64,000 bases of DNA from Tubiluchus corallicola (taxonomy: Eukaryota > Animalia > Priapulida): positions 62,001 to 126,000 of the forward strand of contig JAQGDQ010000263.1 in the NCBI GenBank assembly GCA_030141605.1, given 5' to 3'. Below the pieces are notes generated by a model. The model saw nothing but the letters and a program-made list of their open reading frames with translations, was not told where the DNA came from and made no database searches. Positions 41,188 to 53,631 of this stretch are shown piece by piece (position 1 is the stretch's first letter; each line of letters starts with the position of its first letter). The position numbers and the translations under genes are program-made.

Positions 41188-43590
41188 AAGGGATTTAATC
41201 AAAAATCTTATTGTTGAAGGTGCGTAGTACATGATATGTGAGTCTACATCCTGTACGTCACACATAAGCATTTACAAATAATAGTAACGTTTATGTGGGT
41301 AACACAGTAAACACAAATAATTAGCTTATATAAATAGTAATATATTTGAGCAGGTTCAACAAGGTTCAGTGACAAACACTAGTAAACATGGAGAGAGTGA
41401 CAGAACGTAAGAATTTGCTAAACAAAATTCCTCCCATTTCACTATGTTGTAAACTGTACAATGACACAGGGCAGTTTCAACGGTAGAATTTCAATTAGGC
41501 GAGGTTAAGTACAGTGAACCGTCATTAATCGAGTTTTATATATAAACATTTTTGATGCTTATTTTTTCTTTCCATACTCTCAGTTTTTAACTTTACTCAC
41601 TAACCTTGGTCAAATTCCCCTGTTAATAAGACCCCATTTGAAACTACTACATATAATAATCCTAATTACTGAATAATTGTATTGTTTTGTTTAGATTTAG
41701 GAATATAACTTTATTATTTTTTGTTTTCAGTTCTTTTTGGATAATTTGTATCATTTATACTGTTTTTATTATTATTATTTTTCTTATTTGCTTTTGTTTT
41801 TGTTATCTGCAGCATCACCGTTAATTTTTAATATACTAATCTATTTATAAGAAAGGGCAGGAGACTAGATGACCCTATGGTCCTTCCATGCCCTGCTCCA
41901 TGATTATAATTACTTAATATTTAAAAAAACTTTTGATGTTAAACTAATTGGAGAATGTTAAATTAATTGTGTTTTATATATAAGCGTATTCATAACACAA
42001 TGGTGAGGGGGACATACCAAAGTAATACTCAAATGCACAAAGCTAAATTTTACGCAGGAATACATCTCGAGTCTGTGACTTTGTACGGATAAACAAACGT
42101 AAATTATATAGCTAGCACAAAAATGTAAAATGATAAAGGAATGCTTGGGAAAGCCTTCCAACCAAGCTGAAAAAATGGGCAAAGCGCTTGGCGTCAGTAA
42201 TTGTAATAAATGACAATATTACTTTGAACCCGAGTTTACAGTTTAGATTACAGATCTACGTCTGCTTACGAACAACTTGCTATAAGACAGGAACGTATTT
42301 GCAAGCACTTATTGAGCAGTCTGACTACTTAGTTTATTTTACACAAGCTGCTTCAAATGCTTTAGATAAATATCTTAAGGGAACTGTGCGATCTTGTATA
42401 TTAAATCCAATAAGAGCTCTATAAATAAAACAGGAGGACCCAGTTCTTCATTTTGAGGAAGCTCCGCGCGTAATTTTGTGTTCCTTATTGTGATGTGTCA
42501 AACGTTAAGTGGATTCGTTCTCTTAAAATGGCCGCACTAAATATACATGGTCGCATACTAACGTAGTTTAACGGAAGTGGTGCTGACAAGCCACTGGCGT
42601 AGCAGTGTCTAGTTTTTTTTGCTGGATTACTGCTGCGTTTACCTGTCTGAAGGCAGATTTCTTTTATTTTAGAATTCTGCCTACCCAATGTGTACAATAG
42701 ACGTGACGGGCGTATGCTGATGATGATGATGAAGTCACTCCCTCAAAAAATCAATAAATTTTTCAAAAATTCTACACAGTCACCTGTCAAATACATCCCA
42801 TCTTCAAGCAAAGTTCATGTAAATTCAGCTTATCAGAAAGTCTGAAATTCAGACAGAGAAAGAGAGCCCAAACATTTGACGATAAATCGAATATATTGTC
42901 TTCAGCTTTATCCCTATAAAAGGGATTTATCCCAATGCTAGATGGAATCTACAAATTCTTAATGGCAAGAAAATATCAATTGGCACAAATGGAACTAACA
43001 GCTGTATATAGTTACTGTCTGGAGTCAGAATAATGAATGTGGACGGTGACAGAATACGACAGCAATGAACTCTGTATGTAGGCATGCATGAACCACTCAC
43101 TGGTCTTTTGACCAGCATGAGTCACCAGTAATTTTTGAGGATGCTACAAATAGCTGCACTAATGGGACAGGAAGCTCAGCAAACAGCTACTAAAAGCATA
43201 GGTTTTATCAGCTGCAGGAAAGCGCGGAACTTCTTAATTTGGTTTTAAGCGCATTAATTATGTTAATTACACCATTAGGGGATGTCTCAGTCTTATCCCG
43301 ATACCGCTAGGGAATCGTTTGATGTGGCATAGTGTGGTTACTATGGTAATGGCGCTAGAAATTATTAGTATATTAGGGAATGATGAAGTCAACTAATGCG
43401 GTAGCCTACCAAAATAATTTTCATGGCTATGGAGGTCAGTTGCCAAACACAAGCCTGACCAAATGTAACGGGTGGTCAAATTATGCATGAATACAACTAA
43501 TCTTGGTGAATCAGACTTTTTGACAATAGAAAGGCATTACTGTGAAAAGGTGCCTAGTACAAGGCATAACCTCGCATAGTACAATACGTA

Positions 43591-43826
43591 ACCTCGCTTC
43601 CAGAATACTGCACACACGGTGACCCCACTCCACTATTCAGCTCACCCTCGCTTCCAAAATACTGCACACACGGTGACCCCCTCCACTACTCAGCTCACCC
43701 TCGCTTCCAGAATACTGCACACACGGTGACCCCACTCCACTACTCATCTCACCCTCGCTTCCAGAATACTGCACACACGGTGACCCCCTCCACTACTCAG
43801 CTCACCCTCGCTTCCAGAATACTGCA
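43591..43826. repeat. ~54-bp tandem repeat x4
   Basis: CCTCGCTTCCAGAATACTGCACACACGGTGACCCC(A)CTCCACTACTCAGCTCAC repeated. Confidence 0.92.
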
Positions 43827-44473
43827 TCAGAACTAGAAATTGCCAATACTGTAGCATAATTAGGCAGGATGCTATACGTCCTCTACTGAAGTGTATAACT
43901 ACAAACACATAGGTAATGACCGTATCAAATGGCTATAATTATGTGGCCCATGAGTCACCAAACGATCAGCACAGTATCGGCGACAATATTGTAAGTTTAA
44001 TGTAACAATAACTTGTTATGCTGGCCGTTCAGGTGAGCAGAGTCACACAGACCCTTTAGTGATCCGTAACCGTGCACAGACAGTGCGACAACAACAACTT
44101 TACAGGTTCAAGCCATGCCAACTTGCAACACTTTGTTTATTTTCTGTTCGTAACATTATAACCGTCAACAACCCAATACAGATGTAATTAATGCAAAGTG
44201 TTTCGTATACTTCACTATAATAACGTCATAGGCATCACACGTCAAAATCAACAAAACATGAAATGAAAGTTAAAAACGAACCTATGACCTTTGATAAATT
44301 CAAAAATGAGAATTAGTTATCTTACGCACGCGTACAACCTGTACGAAAATACAGAGTGCACACATGTGACACCATTCACATTGGAATTCTTAACATATCT
44401 ATCACTATCCATTAATCTATTATTCCTAACTCCCTGTTTCCTACGATACAGCTAATATTTTCTTACAAATTAC

Positions 44474-44680
44474 CTTTGAAATTTGTTTATTCCTCACTTG
44501 TGACTATGACTACAGCAACAGCGTAATCCAAATAATTATGGCACTAATCATCTGCTATGTCTCCACTACATTTAATAACGTGCACCAGCAAATGCTATTG
44601 AATTAAGCAACTAAACAACGTACACACACACTTGCTGTACCACATCAACTCTCTAGAACACGATCGTTCAGCGTACCAAC
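44474..44680 (-). other. Putative non-coding first (5'UTR) exon of the semaphorin gene; 5' boundary uncertain
   Basis: Minus-strand donor CAAAG|GTAATT at 44474/44473, lying downstream of a promoter-like motif cluster; the 40346-40511 exon has a splice acceptor, so it needs an upstream exon. Confidence 0.45.
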
Positions 44681-44689
44681 AATAATTAA

Positions 44690-44775
44690 ACCCCCACCGC
44701 CAGTGGCCAATAGAAAACCAGCAAGCGCCCACGTGGCTCATCACGTGACGGCGGCGTACGATTGATGATTGAATT
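44690..44775. promoter_or_regulatory. Promoter-like cluster: CCAAT box plus two perfect E-boxes 6 nt apart
   Basis: GGCCAATAG (CCAAT at 44707-44711), CACGTG at 44730-44735, spacer GCTCAT, CACGTG at 44742-44747, in a locally CpG-rich patch. Confidence 0.55.
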
Positions 44776-45031
44776 TTGAGTGGGAATCACTTAACCGTGA
44801 ATAACCAAACCACCTCGTGACATTGACTGGTGTCGTTCGTTCGTCGTGGTGGCACTGCCAAAAAATGGTACCCGCTGAAAATACGTAAAAGGATTTCAGG
44901 ATATTTAGCAAGAAAGTTTAAAGAATAAAATGATGTTGAAAGCTCCAGTAACTTCTGTTTGTTTTGTAAATGATAATTTTTATTGTTGGAAGGAACCCAA
45001 CATTGAAAATACTGAAGGTAATACCGACGAT

Positions 45032-45411
45032 CAGGGCCTATTTCAAGGGGGGAAATGGGGATACTTCCCCGGGGCCTCACCCTCCAGGGGGGCCTCGCGC
45101 CAAGGTAACTTTTTTTTGCTTTATGCGAACATACCCCCCTCTCTCCTGCCGCACGCACGCCGTTTGCCAGTATTGACAAGTATTAAGGACTGGTCTTGAG
45201 AATAAAGCAGTTTTTCTTTCAATTGTTCTTTCCTTTAACAACTGTATAACTCTATATTTTCTCTTCGAAAATGCTTCTCCGGTGTTCTAGCTGTTCAAAA
45301 ATTTTCTGGGCGCCAACCATGGTAGCGCCCGCCCCCCGGCGCTTCGCCCCCATCGATGGGGGCAGACATGCACCACTTCCCCGGGCCTCGCTTAGGCAGA
45401 AATAGGCCCTG
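45032..45411. mobile_element. hAT-family MITE with a perfect 8-bp TSD
   Basis: CCGACGAT|CAGGGCCTATTTC...GAAATAGGCCCTG|CCGACGAT; second copy at 50196. Confidence 0.93.
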
Positions 45412-48400
45412 CCGACGATGCAAGTATCGCGAAATTTTTGCAAGCTGTGTGCAAAGCGTGCGGCTTGGCAAAGCCTCATTATTAATCAAGCAGCTAAGTC
45501 AAAACAAACCAATTTAAGACAACTTAGTACGGTACATTTTAATGTCACTGTTGTGAACCAAGAGATATTCAAAAAAACTGAATGGAATTATAGTACAAGG
45601 ATTCTGAGTCGAGAAACATAGGCCTGGGCATATTTATATTATAATAAGGATGATCGTTGTTGACATATTAAACAGAAACGTAACTGCTGGTATGAGTCAC
45701 TCTAAGGACAAGAAAAGGGGCAGCTGAAGTAGGTTTCAGAAAAACCGACTTAAAAAATTATATTACTTTATAGCAATTTTATGCGTACATCGCGTTGAAA
45801 GGAATTTTTGTTTGTTTTCATATTAAATCTCCCGCAATACTGTTCCGATCTCGCCATTACATGACGTCATATACGCACAACATAAATCAGGGGAAGAAAA
45901 GGAAATGTTAAACTTGTCTCAAAAAACTTTCTATGCAGAATTATGTTACTTGGCATTTCGCTTACCTACTAGAAAGACTTATGTAGCTAGAAAAGAAAAT
46001 TATTAATTATTTAAAATGTTTTCACCAATTGGTAAAAATGTCGTTGCAAGTCGTAACACAAATGGCTGAATTTAATGTTCATCGCGGGAGTTTAAATTTA
46101 CAGGTTTTATACAGCGTTACTGCCGACGCAAGCCCTGAATGGGAAAAGAATATAAAATTTCAGGACGATTTTTTTTAAGTTTATTGTAAGTGGAGGGTTT
46201 TCTTGTGCTTTAAACGTTGTGTACGTAGGACTCTTTCGAGACAGTAATTTAACTACAAAAAAAGATGATAACTAGCGCCATCTAGTAAGCACAAAATGAA
46301 ATAAAGATCATTTTGCAGTGGCAGAAACTGGTTGGAGGTTTAATAGAAATGGTAGCACTCATTTTGCAAAAAGTTTCTATAAATGTTAAATGCGAAAAAA
46401 TGTTACTGATAATTTTTATTGATGGGGGGGGGGCAACCCAACATTGAAATTTCGAAAACACTAAATTTGTGTGCCAACAAATATATGAATTTTGTGAAAC
46501 CCCAAATGAAATCGGCAAATCCAATTACGTTTTAACAACTATCACTCGTACATGACTTTTCCACATTACAAGCCAAAGATTGCTCTTCCACGACGTTGTT
46601 ATAAAGAATTTGAAAACTTTACTCTACCAAAGACTAAAGTACTTGCATATTTACTGCTCTACCAAAGACTGAGCACTAGCGCCATCTGTTAGGAGAAAAA
46701 TCACAACTAATTTTCGTGAATTCCCGGTAGAATGAAAATATGACTTTTCATTAAATTAAATTCCATATTTCAATAGGTGAAACAGATATTTCTAATGAAT
46801 CCGTCAATTATATTTATGCTTGTAATTATGGATGTCAGTCTAGTAAATATTTCTATAGAACGACTTGCGAAAGTTATGAAAACAATTTTTTTCGGGTGAT
46901 TAAACATGACTCAGATTGCTAATTGATAAGTGGAATAGAGTATTGCTGGAAAGTTCGTTTATCGATTAGTCAGAAAGTCAGCGAATACGTATTTCATTAT
47001 TTAAGTACTCGAAAAGTGCATATAATTCTGTATTGTAATTGCACAGGTTAAAAATTTGAAAACAGAATAAACCTCTAAACTGAAATTTAAATATTAGTGT
47101 GCCTGTATTTATTTATTTATTTATTTATTTGTTGCCCATTAAGAAAAGAAATTACAAAAGACAAAGAAAAAACAACTTAAAAAATTATACATCTGAACAA
47201 AGAAACCACATATAAGTGGTATAATGGTACAAGTACAAAAACACAGACAACAGGGCAACATACATATATATTCTAAACTTAATATTGCATGTGTATTACA
47301 GTTAGTCAGTCAGTCAGGCTTGCAGTGAGTTATCTCAGTCGGGCCTGTCTTCAAATATTTGGTGGACCAATCTAGCATGAATTTTTTTTAATAACTTCTA
47401 CATTTAATGATGCATTTTAAAAAAATTTATGAAAATCGTGTGCACTGCTGATAGAGTTTTGAAATTCTTAACAACAAGAACTACATAAATTTGATGACAC
47501 GTACTGCTATTGTGTTTAGCTTTTTCTTTGTCGTGTAAATAATGATTGTAGGAAAGTTTGGTACTAGTAAATGTGGTACAGGTAAGTTTCAAACAGGTAA
47601 TTTTTGTACGAAGAAATTTTTGTGCTGGGAAAATTTGGTACTAGAAATTTTTACTACGCGGTAATTTTGGCATAGATAAATTTGATACTATCATCTTTAG
47701 GTACAAAGAATTTTTAGTACGAGAAAAATGTGACACCAGGCTTGTTTAGTTGTAAGAAATATTGGCACAAGAAATTTTTGGTACTGGTAAAACATTGTAC
47801 GGGGAATGTTTGGTGCGAGAAAAATGTGGCACCAGGCTTGTTTAGTTCTAAGAAATATTGGCACAAGGAATTTTTGGTACTTGGAAAATCTGGTATGGCA
47901 AATGTTTGGTACATGGAAAATATGGTACCAGGATTGTTTAGTACTAAGAAATATCGGTTCAAAGAACTTTTGGTACTACGAAGATATGGTGCGAGGAAAA
48001 TTTGGTACTAGGAAAGTTTGTTACTGGAAAACTAAAAAGAGAGCATTTCTATATCACAGTATAATATAATTGTTTCAACTAGAAAATAAAGAAGTTTATT
48101 CAGTAAGGAGGAAATATGGTACTAGGAAAGTCTGGTCCATTAAAAATTTCATAAAACGTTAAACTGTAATAAATAGAGTTGAATTTTATCCGTGATTATT
48201 CCACCCATGTAGGTATATTTGAAAATTAGCAAAAAATGAAAGATCTCCAACTCACCAAACAAATTTTCCAAAAAAATCCATGATTTGTTTGGGGGGGGGG
48301 ATGATCACTTTCTCTGTGTTTGTTAACAAAAATTATCAAACTGAGATAAGAACATGGCTGTGATGGCCGATGATATCCTGGAAAAACCGTCCTGTATAAG

Positions 48401-48479
48401 CATAGTTTGGTTTCCAGCGAGACCCACAATATGGGGAGAGAACCATTCTTCTTCATGCTCCTACTGCTACTGCTGTTGG

Positions 48480-48920
48480 CAGTGATGATGCCGTGATGGT
48501 AATGGTGTAATGTTGTCGTGGTGCTGCTGTTGGCAGTGGTGGCAGTGGCAGAGATGGTGTGTCATCATCAACATGAAAATAGCTGTCATCGTCAGAGAAA
48601 TGGCCGGTGATAGTGGTGGTGATAGTGGCGGTGGTGGTGGTGGTAGTAGTGGTGGCGGTGGTGGTGGTTTAAGTGGTGGCGGTGGTAGTAGTGGTGGTGG
48701 TGGTAGTGGTGGCGGTGGTGGTGGCAGTGGTAGTGGTGGCGGTGGTGGTGTTGGTGGTAGTGGTGGTGATTGTGGTAGTGGTGGTGGTGGTGGTGGTGGT
48801 GGTGATAGTGGCAGTGGTGGTGGTAGTGGCGGCGGTAGTGGTGGTGGTGGTGGTGGTTCTGGTGGAGGTGTTGGTGGTGGTGGGATTGTGGTGGCGGTGG
48901 CGGTGGCAGTGGTGGTGGTG
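48480..48920. repeat. (GGT)n-type degenerate trinucleotide repeat
   Basis: Directly visible; source of the poly-Gly/Val/His/Thr pseudo-ORFs. Confidence 0.95.
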
Positions 48921-49482
48921 TATTTTGTGGCACAATGCCTGCGAATTATTTAATACATTGTCGAAAATTAAACTTTGTGAGACAAATTGAAAACTCTTGC
49001 ACATTGAGAATTCCAAAGCTATGCTACTATGTAAATAACAGTCAAGTAAATTTAGGATTTAAATATGGTTGTACTGTAGATCTAAACAAAAATGTAAAAT
49101 TAGAGGTTAAGAACTCATTTAAAGATTCTGTTTTAAGATTTTGGTTGGGTTTTTTGTGGTTGTTTTTTTTGTTTTTTTGGTGGGTGTGGGGGTGGGTGGG
49201 TTGGGTTGTTTTTGGGGGTGTTTTTGGGGTTTTTGGTGGTTTGGGCGCGTTTTGATTTTTTATCGAGCTGATTCTTATACGTGTGATTCTTGTAACGAGA
49301 GTCCACTGTATAGATTCTTGCAACACTGTATAATGTAATATAATAATTACAAGGGAACTGAAATGAGTGGTTATTATAAAATTGAATTTCTGTAGATATG
49401 TTACTTTACTAACATTCCATTACCTTTTTTACTAACATCCTGTTGTCTTTGTAAACTGTATATTTTTATGCGAAATAAACTC

Positions 49483-49483
<1 letters not shown>

Positions 49484-49571
<88 letters not shown>

Positions 49572-49572
49572 T
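49484..49572. repeat. (AAT)n microsatellite
   Basis: Directly visible. Confidence 0.97.
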
Positions 49573-50195
49573 ACCAGTATCATATTTACTCTGTACCAAA
49601 GTTTCCCACTACCAAAATTACAAGAAATTTGTAGTACCAAATTTTCACGTACAAAAATTTCCTCGCAAGAAATTTGTAGGTGATATCGTCACAAATGAAA
49701 AAGTTTTAGAATTTTTTGCTGGACAATCAATTTTTTAATTACACGAACGTCTAGTCTCGTGTTCTAAAAACGGTGAAACAATGACCTAGACTCTTAACAA
49801 TCGCACATTGGTTTATATGTGCTTCTTGCAATGCCGGGCTAGACGTCAGTGTGATTTCATAGGGATAAAATATAGTACGTGTAGTTCAGTGCAATTTTTA
49901 AGTGAGCTATCTGACGAATTTGTTCTCAAAACAATGATCCAATTTGAGGACGTCCTATGGTCATTGACGTAAAACAAAGCGTTTTCACGTTTCAGCAAAA
50001 AGGTCAAAAATTACCTTACATTACTATTAAATTACACAAAAATTACTAGTGCGTATTACTGACAATGTGCCGTAAAACTACATAGTTTCTCGATGGCGTA
50101 TAGCTTTGACCCATTCTTGTGGTTCTGACTTTTTATTGTGCTCACAACAACAGCGACGACGACAGCGATTTGTGATAGGAATGATCACTTGCGCT

Positions 50196-50572
50196 CAGGC
50201 CCTATTTCGGGGGGGGGGAATACTTCCCCGGGGCCTCACCCTCCAGGGGGGCTTCGTGCCGAGGTAACATTTTTTTGCTTTATGCGAACATACTGCCTCT
50301 TCTCTCCCTCTCTCTCGGTGCCTATGTTCAGCTGTTTTCAATTTCGGAATTTCTAACACCTGCTTGTTCGGGAGTACGGTATTACATATTGCAAAGATGT
50401 TGTTTTTGATTTGACTATTTGACAAGTATTAAGGACTGTTCTTGAGAATAAAGCAATTTTTCTTTCAATTGTTCTTTCCTTTAACAACTGTATAACTCCA
50501 TATTTTCTCTTCGAAAATGCTTCTCCGGCGTTCTAGCAGTTCAAAAAATTTTTGGGCGCCAATCATGGTGGC
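50196..50572 (+). mobile_element. Truncated second copy of the 45032-45411 hAT MITE
   Basis: Shared CTTCCCCGGGCCTCACCCTCCAGGGGG and GACAAGTATTAAGGACTG...TTCGAAAATGCTTCTCCGG; right end is replaced by the GTACG satellite. Confidence 0.85.
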
Positions 50573-50574
50573 AG

Positions 50575-51380
50575 GTGTCGATTTTGTAGGTACGGTTCGG
50601 AATTACGGTACGATTCGATTTTGTAGGTACGGTTTGGCATTACAGTACGATTCGATTTTGTAGGTACGGTTTGGCGTTACGGTACGATTCGATTTTGTAG
50701 GTACGGTTCGGAATTACGGAACGATATTTTATCATACTAGTACGGTACGATTCGATTTTGTAAGTACGGTACGGAATTACGGAACGATATTTTATCATAC
50801 TAGTACGAATTACAGTACGATATTTTATCATACTAGTACAGTACGATTCGATTTTGTAGGTACGGTACGGAATTACGGTACGATATTTTATCATACTAGT
50901 ACGGTACGATTCGATTTTGTAGGTATGGTACGGAATTACAGTACGATATTTTATCATACTAGTACAGTACGATTCGATTTTGTAGGTACGGTACGGAATT
51001 ACGGTACGATATTTTATCATACTAGTACGGTACGATTCGATTTTGTAAGTACGGTACGGAATTACAGTACGACATTTTATCATACTAGTACGGTACGATT
51101 CGATTTTGTAGGTACGGTACGGAATTACGGTACGACATTTTATCATACTAGTATGGTACGATTCGATTTTGTAGGTACGGTACGACATTTTATCATACTA
51201 GTACAGTACGATTCGATTTTGTAGGTACGGTACGGAATTACGGTACGACATTTTATCATACTAGTACAGTACGATTCGATTTTGTAGGTACGGTTCGGCA
51301 TTACGGTTACGGTTAGTACGGTATTTTTTAGAGTTACGAAGTACGATATTTTTTCATACCGTATCGTTCTGCCATCCTTG
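50575..51380. repeat. ~63-bp GTACG-rich tandem repeat, probably the subterminal array of a DNA transposon
   Basis: Unit TACGGTACGATTCGATTTTGTAGGTACGGTACGGAATTACGGTACGATATTTTATCATACTAG; ends in TIR-like CCGTATCGTTCTGCCATCCTTG. Confidence 0.9.
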
Positions 51381-51539
51381 TTCATCACTCACATTTTCTT
51401 CAATTTACTTTTCAAACTGATACCAATAAAGATTGTAGGCAAGTTTATAATTTTACAATCAATATGAACAAAGTTTTATACACAGTAGGTTTCAAATATT
51501 TCAGTAGTAAACTACGTACTCTGTAGGTAACCGGTAATA

Positions 51540-51760
51540 AAGTTACAGGGGAAAAAGTCACAAAAAGGTCACAATTTTCGCTAGCAAAAAATCGCAATTA
51601 ATTTACAGAACTGGAAAAAGTCACAATTTTGGCTTTGAAAGAAAGTCAAGTGACCAAACGAAAATATTCAAGTCAAGGTTAGGGGCTAGGTTAGGGTTAG
51701 GATTAGGGTTAGGGTTATTTCTTTTTTTCCTGTAGCTTTTTACCTGTAACATTGTTACCT
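51540..51760. repeat. Small hairpin-type repeat with interstitial (TTAGGG)n
   Basis: GTTACAGGGGAAAAAG...CTTTTTACCTGTAAC arms around GGGTTAGGGTTAGGATTAGGGTTAGGG. Confidence 0.55.
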
Positions 51761-51918
51761 GTATTCGGGTCTGGTTCACACACTTTGTGCTGTTGGTTGT
51801 CATATAGTTCTTAACAGGAAAGCTTGTTTTCCTAGGAAAATCGAAAGTTTCAAGAAATCGTATCTAGTTTATCTCCAACCAACACGCGCATACTGTATCT
51901 TACTACACTGTCCATCTG

Positions 51919-52172
51919 ATGGATCTTCAACCAGGCAAAGAACGGGTTCACGTTTTGAAGACATACACTGTCCTGTTGATTCCTATTGTAGCTGTGTTAG
52001 TTTTCATTACCATCATGATGTATGAGTCAAGTCAGGAATATCAGTTAGCAAAATTTACCAAGAAACTGTTAGAAGGTTCAACAGAATTAACATTATTAGT
52101 GGAAAGTTTACAGCGCGAGCGCGGAATGTCAGCCTTACACGAGGCAGCGAGAATTTACGGAACGAATGACAG
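51919..52172 (+). CDS. NIT-domain receptor guanylyl cyclase, coding exon 1 (TM1 plus start of NIT domain)
   Basis: MDLQPGKERVHVLK-TYTVLLIPIVAVLVFITIMMY (TM)...LVESLQRERGMSAL matches the NIT motif LV..LQ.ERG.S; donor AG|gtacgt, phase 2; in-frame TAG upstream at 51865. Confidence 0.88.
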
Positions 52173-52364
52173 GTACGTGTGATTTACTTTATATAATGAT
52201 ATTAATATATACATTTGATGAAATAATCGTTATTGTGCAAGAGATTTCTGCCTAAGTGGAGGACTAGGGCAGAAAGGCGAAGTTTCGTTTCATTCATCCC
52301 TTAGCTTATCCGCTGTACATTCGACTGACGGTAAACTCATTCAACTCAAAGCCCCGCATCAGGG

Positions 52365-53272
52365 GAAATTCTAAAAGTCCACAAACTGGTAAATGCATTC
52401 ATACTTGCCCATTGGACATCATTAAAGGAGAAGCCCACAAAATCAGTAAATGCTTTCACACTTGTCCATTGGACAACATTAAAGGAGAAGCCCACAAAAT
52501 CAGTAAATGCTTTCACACTTGTCCTTTGGACGACATTAAAGGAGAAGCCCACAAACTGATAAACGCTTTCACACTTGTCCTTTGGACGACATTAAAGTAG
52601 AAGTCCACAAACTGGTAAATGCTTTCACACTTGTCCTTTGGACAACATTAAAGGAGAAGCCCACAAACTGGTAAATGCTTTCACACTTGTCCTTTGGACA
52701 ACATTAAAGGAGAAGCCCACAAACTGGTAAATGCTTTCACACTTGTCCTTTGGACAACATTAAAGGAGAAGCCCACAAACTGGTAAACGCTTTCACACTT
52801 GTCCATTGGACAACATTAAAGTAGAAGCCCACAAACTGGTAAATGCTTTCACACTTGTCCTTTGGACGACATTAAAGGAGAAGCCCACAAACTGATAAAC
52901 GCTTTCACACTTGTCCTTTGGACGACATTAAAGTAGAAGCCCACAAACTGGTAAATGCTTTCACACTTGTCCTTTGGACACCATTAAAGGAGAAGCCCAC
53001 AAACTGGTAAATGCTTTCACACGTGTCCATTGGACAACATTAAAGTAGAAGCCCACAAAGTGGTAAATGCTTTCACACTTGTCCATTGGACAACATTAAA
53101 GTAGAAGCCCACAAACTGGTAAATGCTTTCACACTTGTCCATTGGACAACATTAAAGTAGAAGCCCACGAACTGGTAAATGCTTTCACACTTGTCCATTG
53201 GACAACATTAAAGTAGAAGCCCACAAACTGGTAAATGTTTCACACTTGTCCATTGGACAACATTAAAGTAGA
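52365..53272. repeat. 56-bp tandem repeat, ~16 copies, in NIT-GC intron 1
   Basis: Unit TTAAAG(G/T)AGAAGCCCACAAACTGGTAAATGCTTTCACACTTGTCC(T/A)TTGGACAACA. Confidence 0.95.
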
Positions 53273-53631
53273 TTACGATTAAGCGAAAACTTGTTCGATG
53301 TCTTGAAATGTTTGTATCTTGTCAGTCACCAGAACCAAGAAGATACTAAAGAGAACTTCTCAAATGAGTTCATTCTTTGAATGACACTACATGTGTAAAA
53401 ATGTTATTGGTCTTTATTTTCACAAAACCTGTACACTGATGTATAATGCCTTTACTGCATTATTTATTGCAATTACACCTGTTGTTTCTGATCACAGTAA
53501 TGTTTTCCCTTAATGGCTTTGCCTGTAAAACATTCGGCTAATGTGTTTCAGTTTCTTTGTAGCCATGATATTGATGTATTTTTTGTTAGTTAAACAATAC
53601 TGGCATATGCATAAGTACATCTCTTTGGTTT

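Larger units (their letters stand above)
47548..49680. mobile_element. Degenerate foldback-like element: arms of ~17-bp AAATTTGGTACTAG-type repeats enclosing microsatellites
   Basis: 47548-48140 carries AAATTTGGTACTAG repeats; 49572-49680 carries the inverse GTACCAAATTT repeats. Confidence 0.5.

Noticed and set aside
44707-44733. ER-stress element (CCAAT-N9-CCACG)
   Set aside because: Spacing is 17 nt rather than 9.
48510-49016. Gly-rich, His-rich, Thr-rich or Val-rich proteins
   Set aside because: All are translations of one (GGT)n microsatellite in several frames.
50640-51388. Repetitive 182-aa ORF and overlapping ORFs
   Set aside because: Products of the 63-bp satellite; no splice or domain support.
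51676-51716. True telomere or chromosome fusion site
   Set aside because: Only a few imperfect TTAGGG units, inside a small hairpin repeat.
52365-53272. CRISPR-like array or repeat protein
   Set aside because: No unique spacers; the 56-bp period is not a multiple of 3; it lies in an intron.
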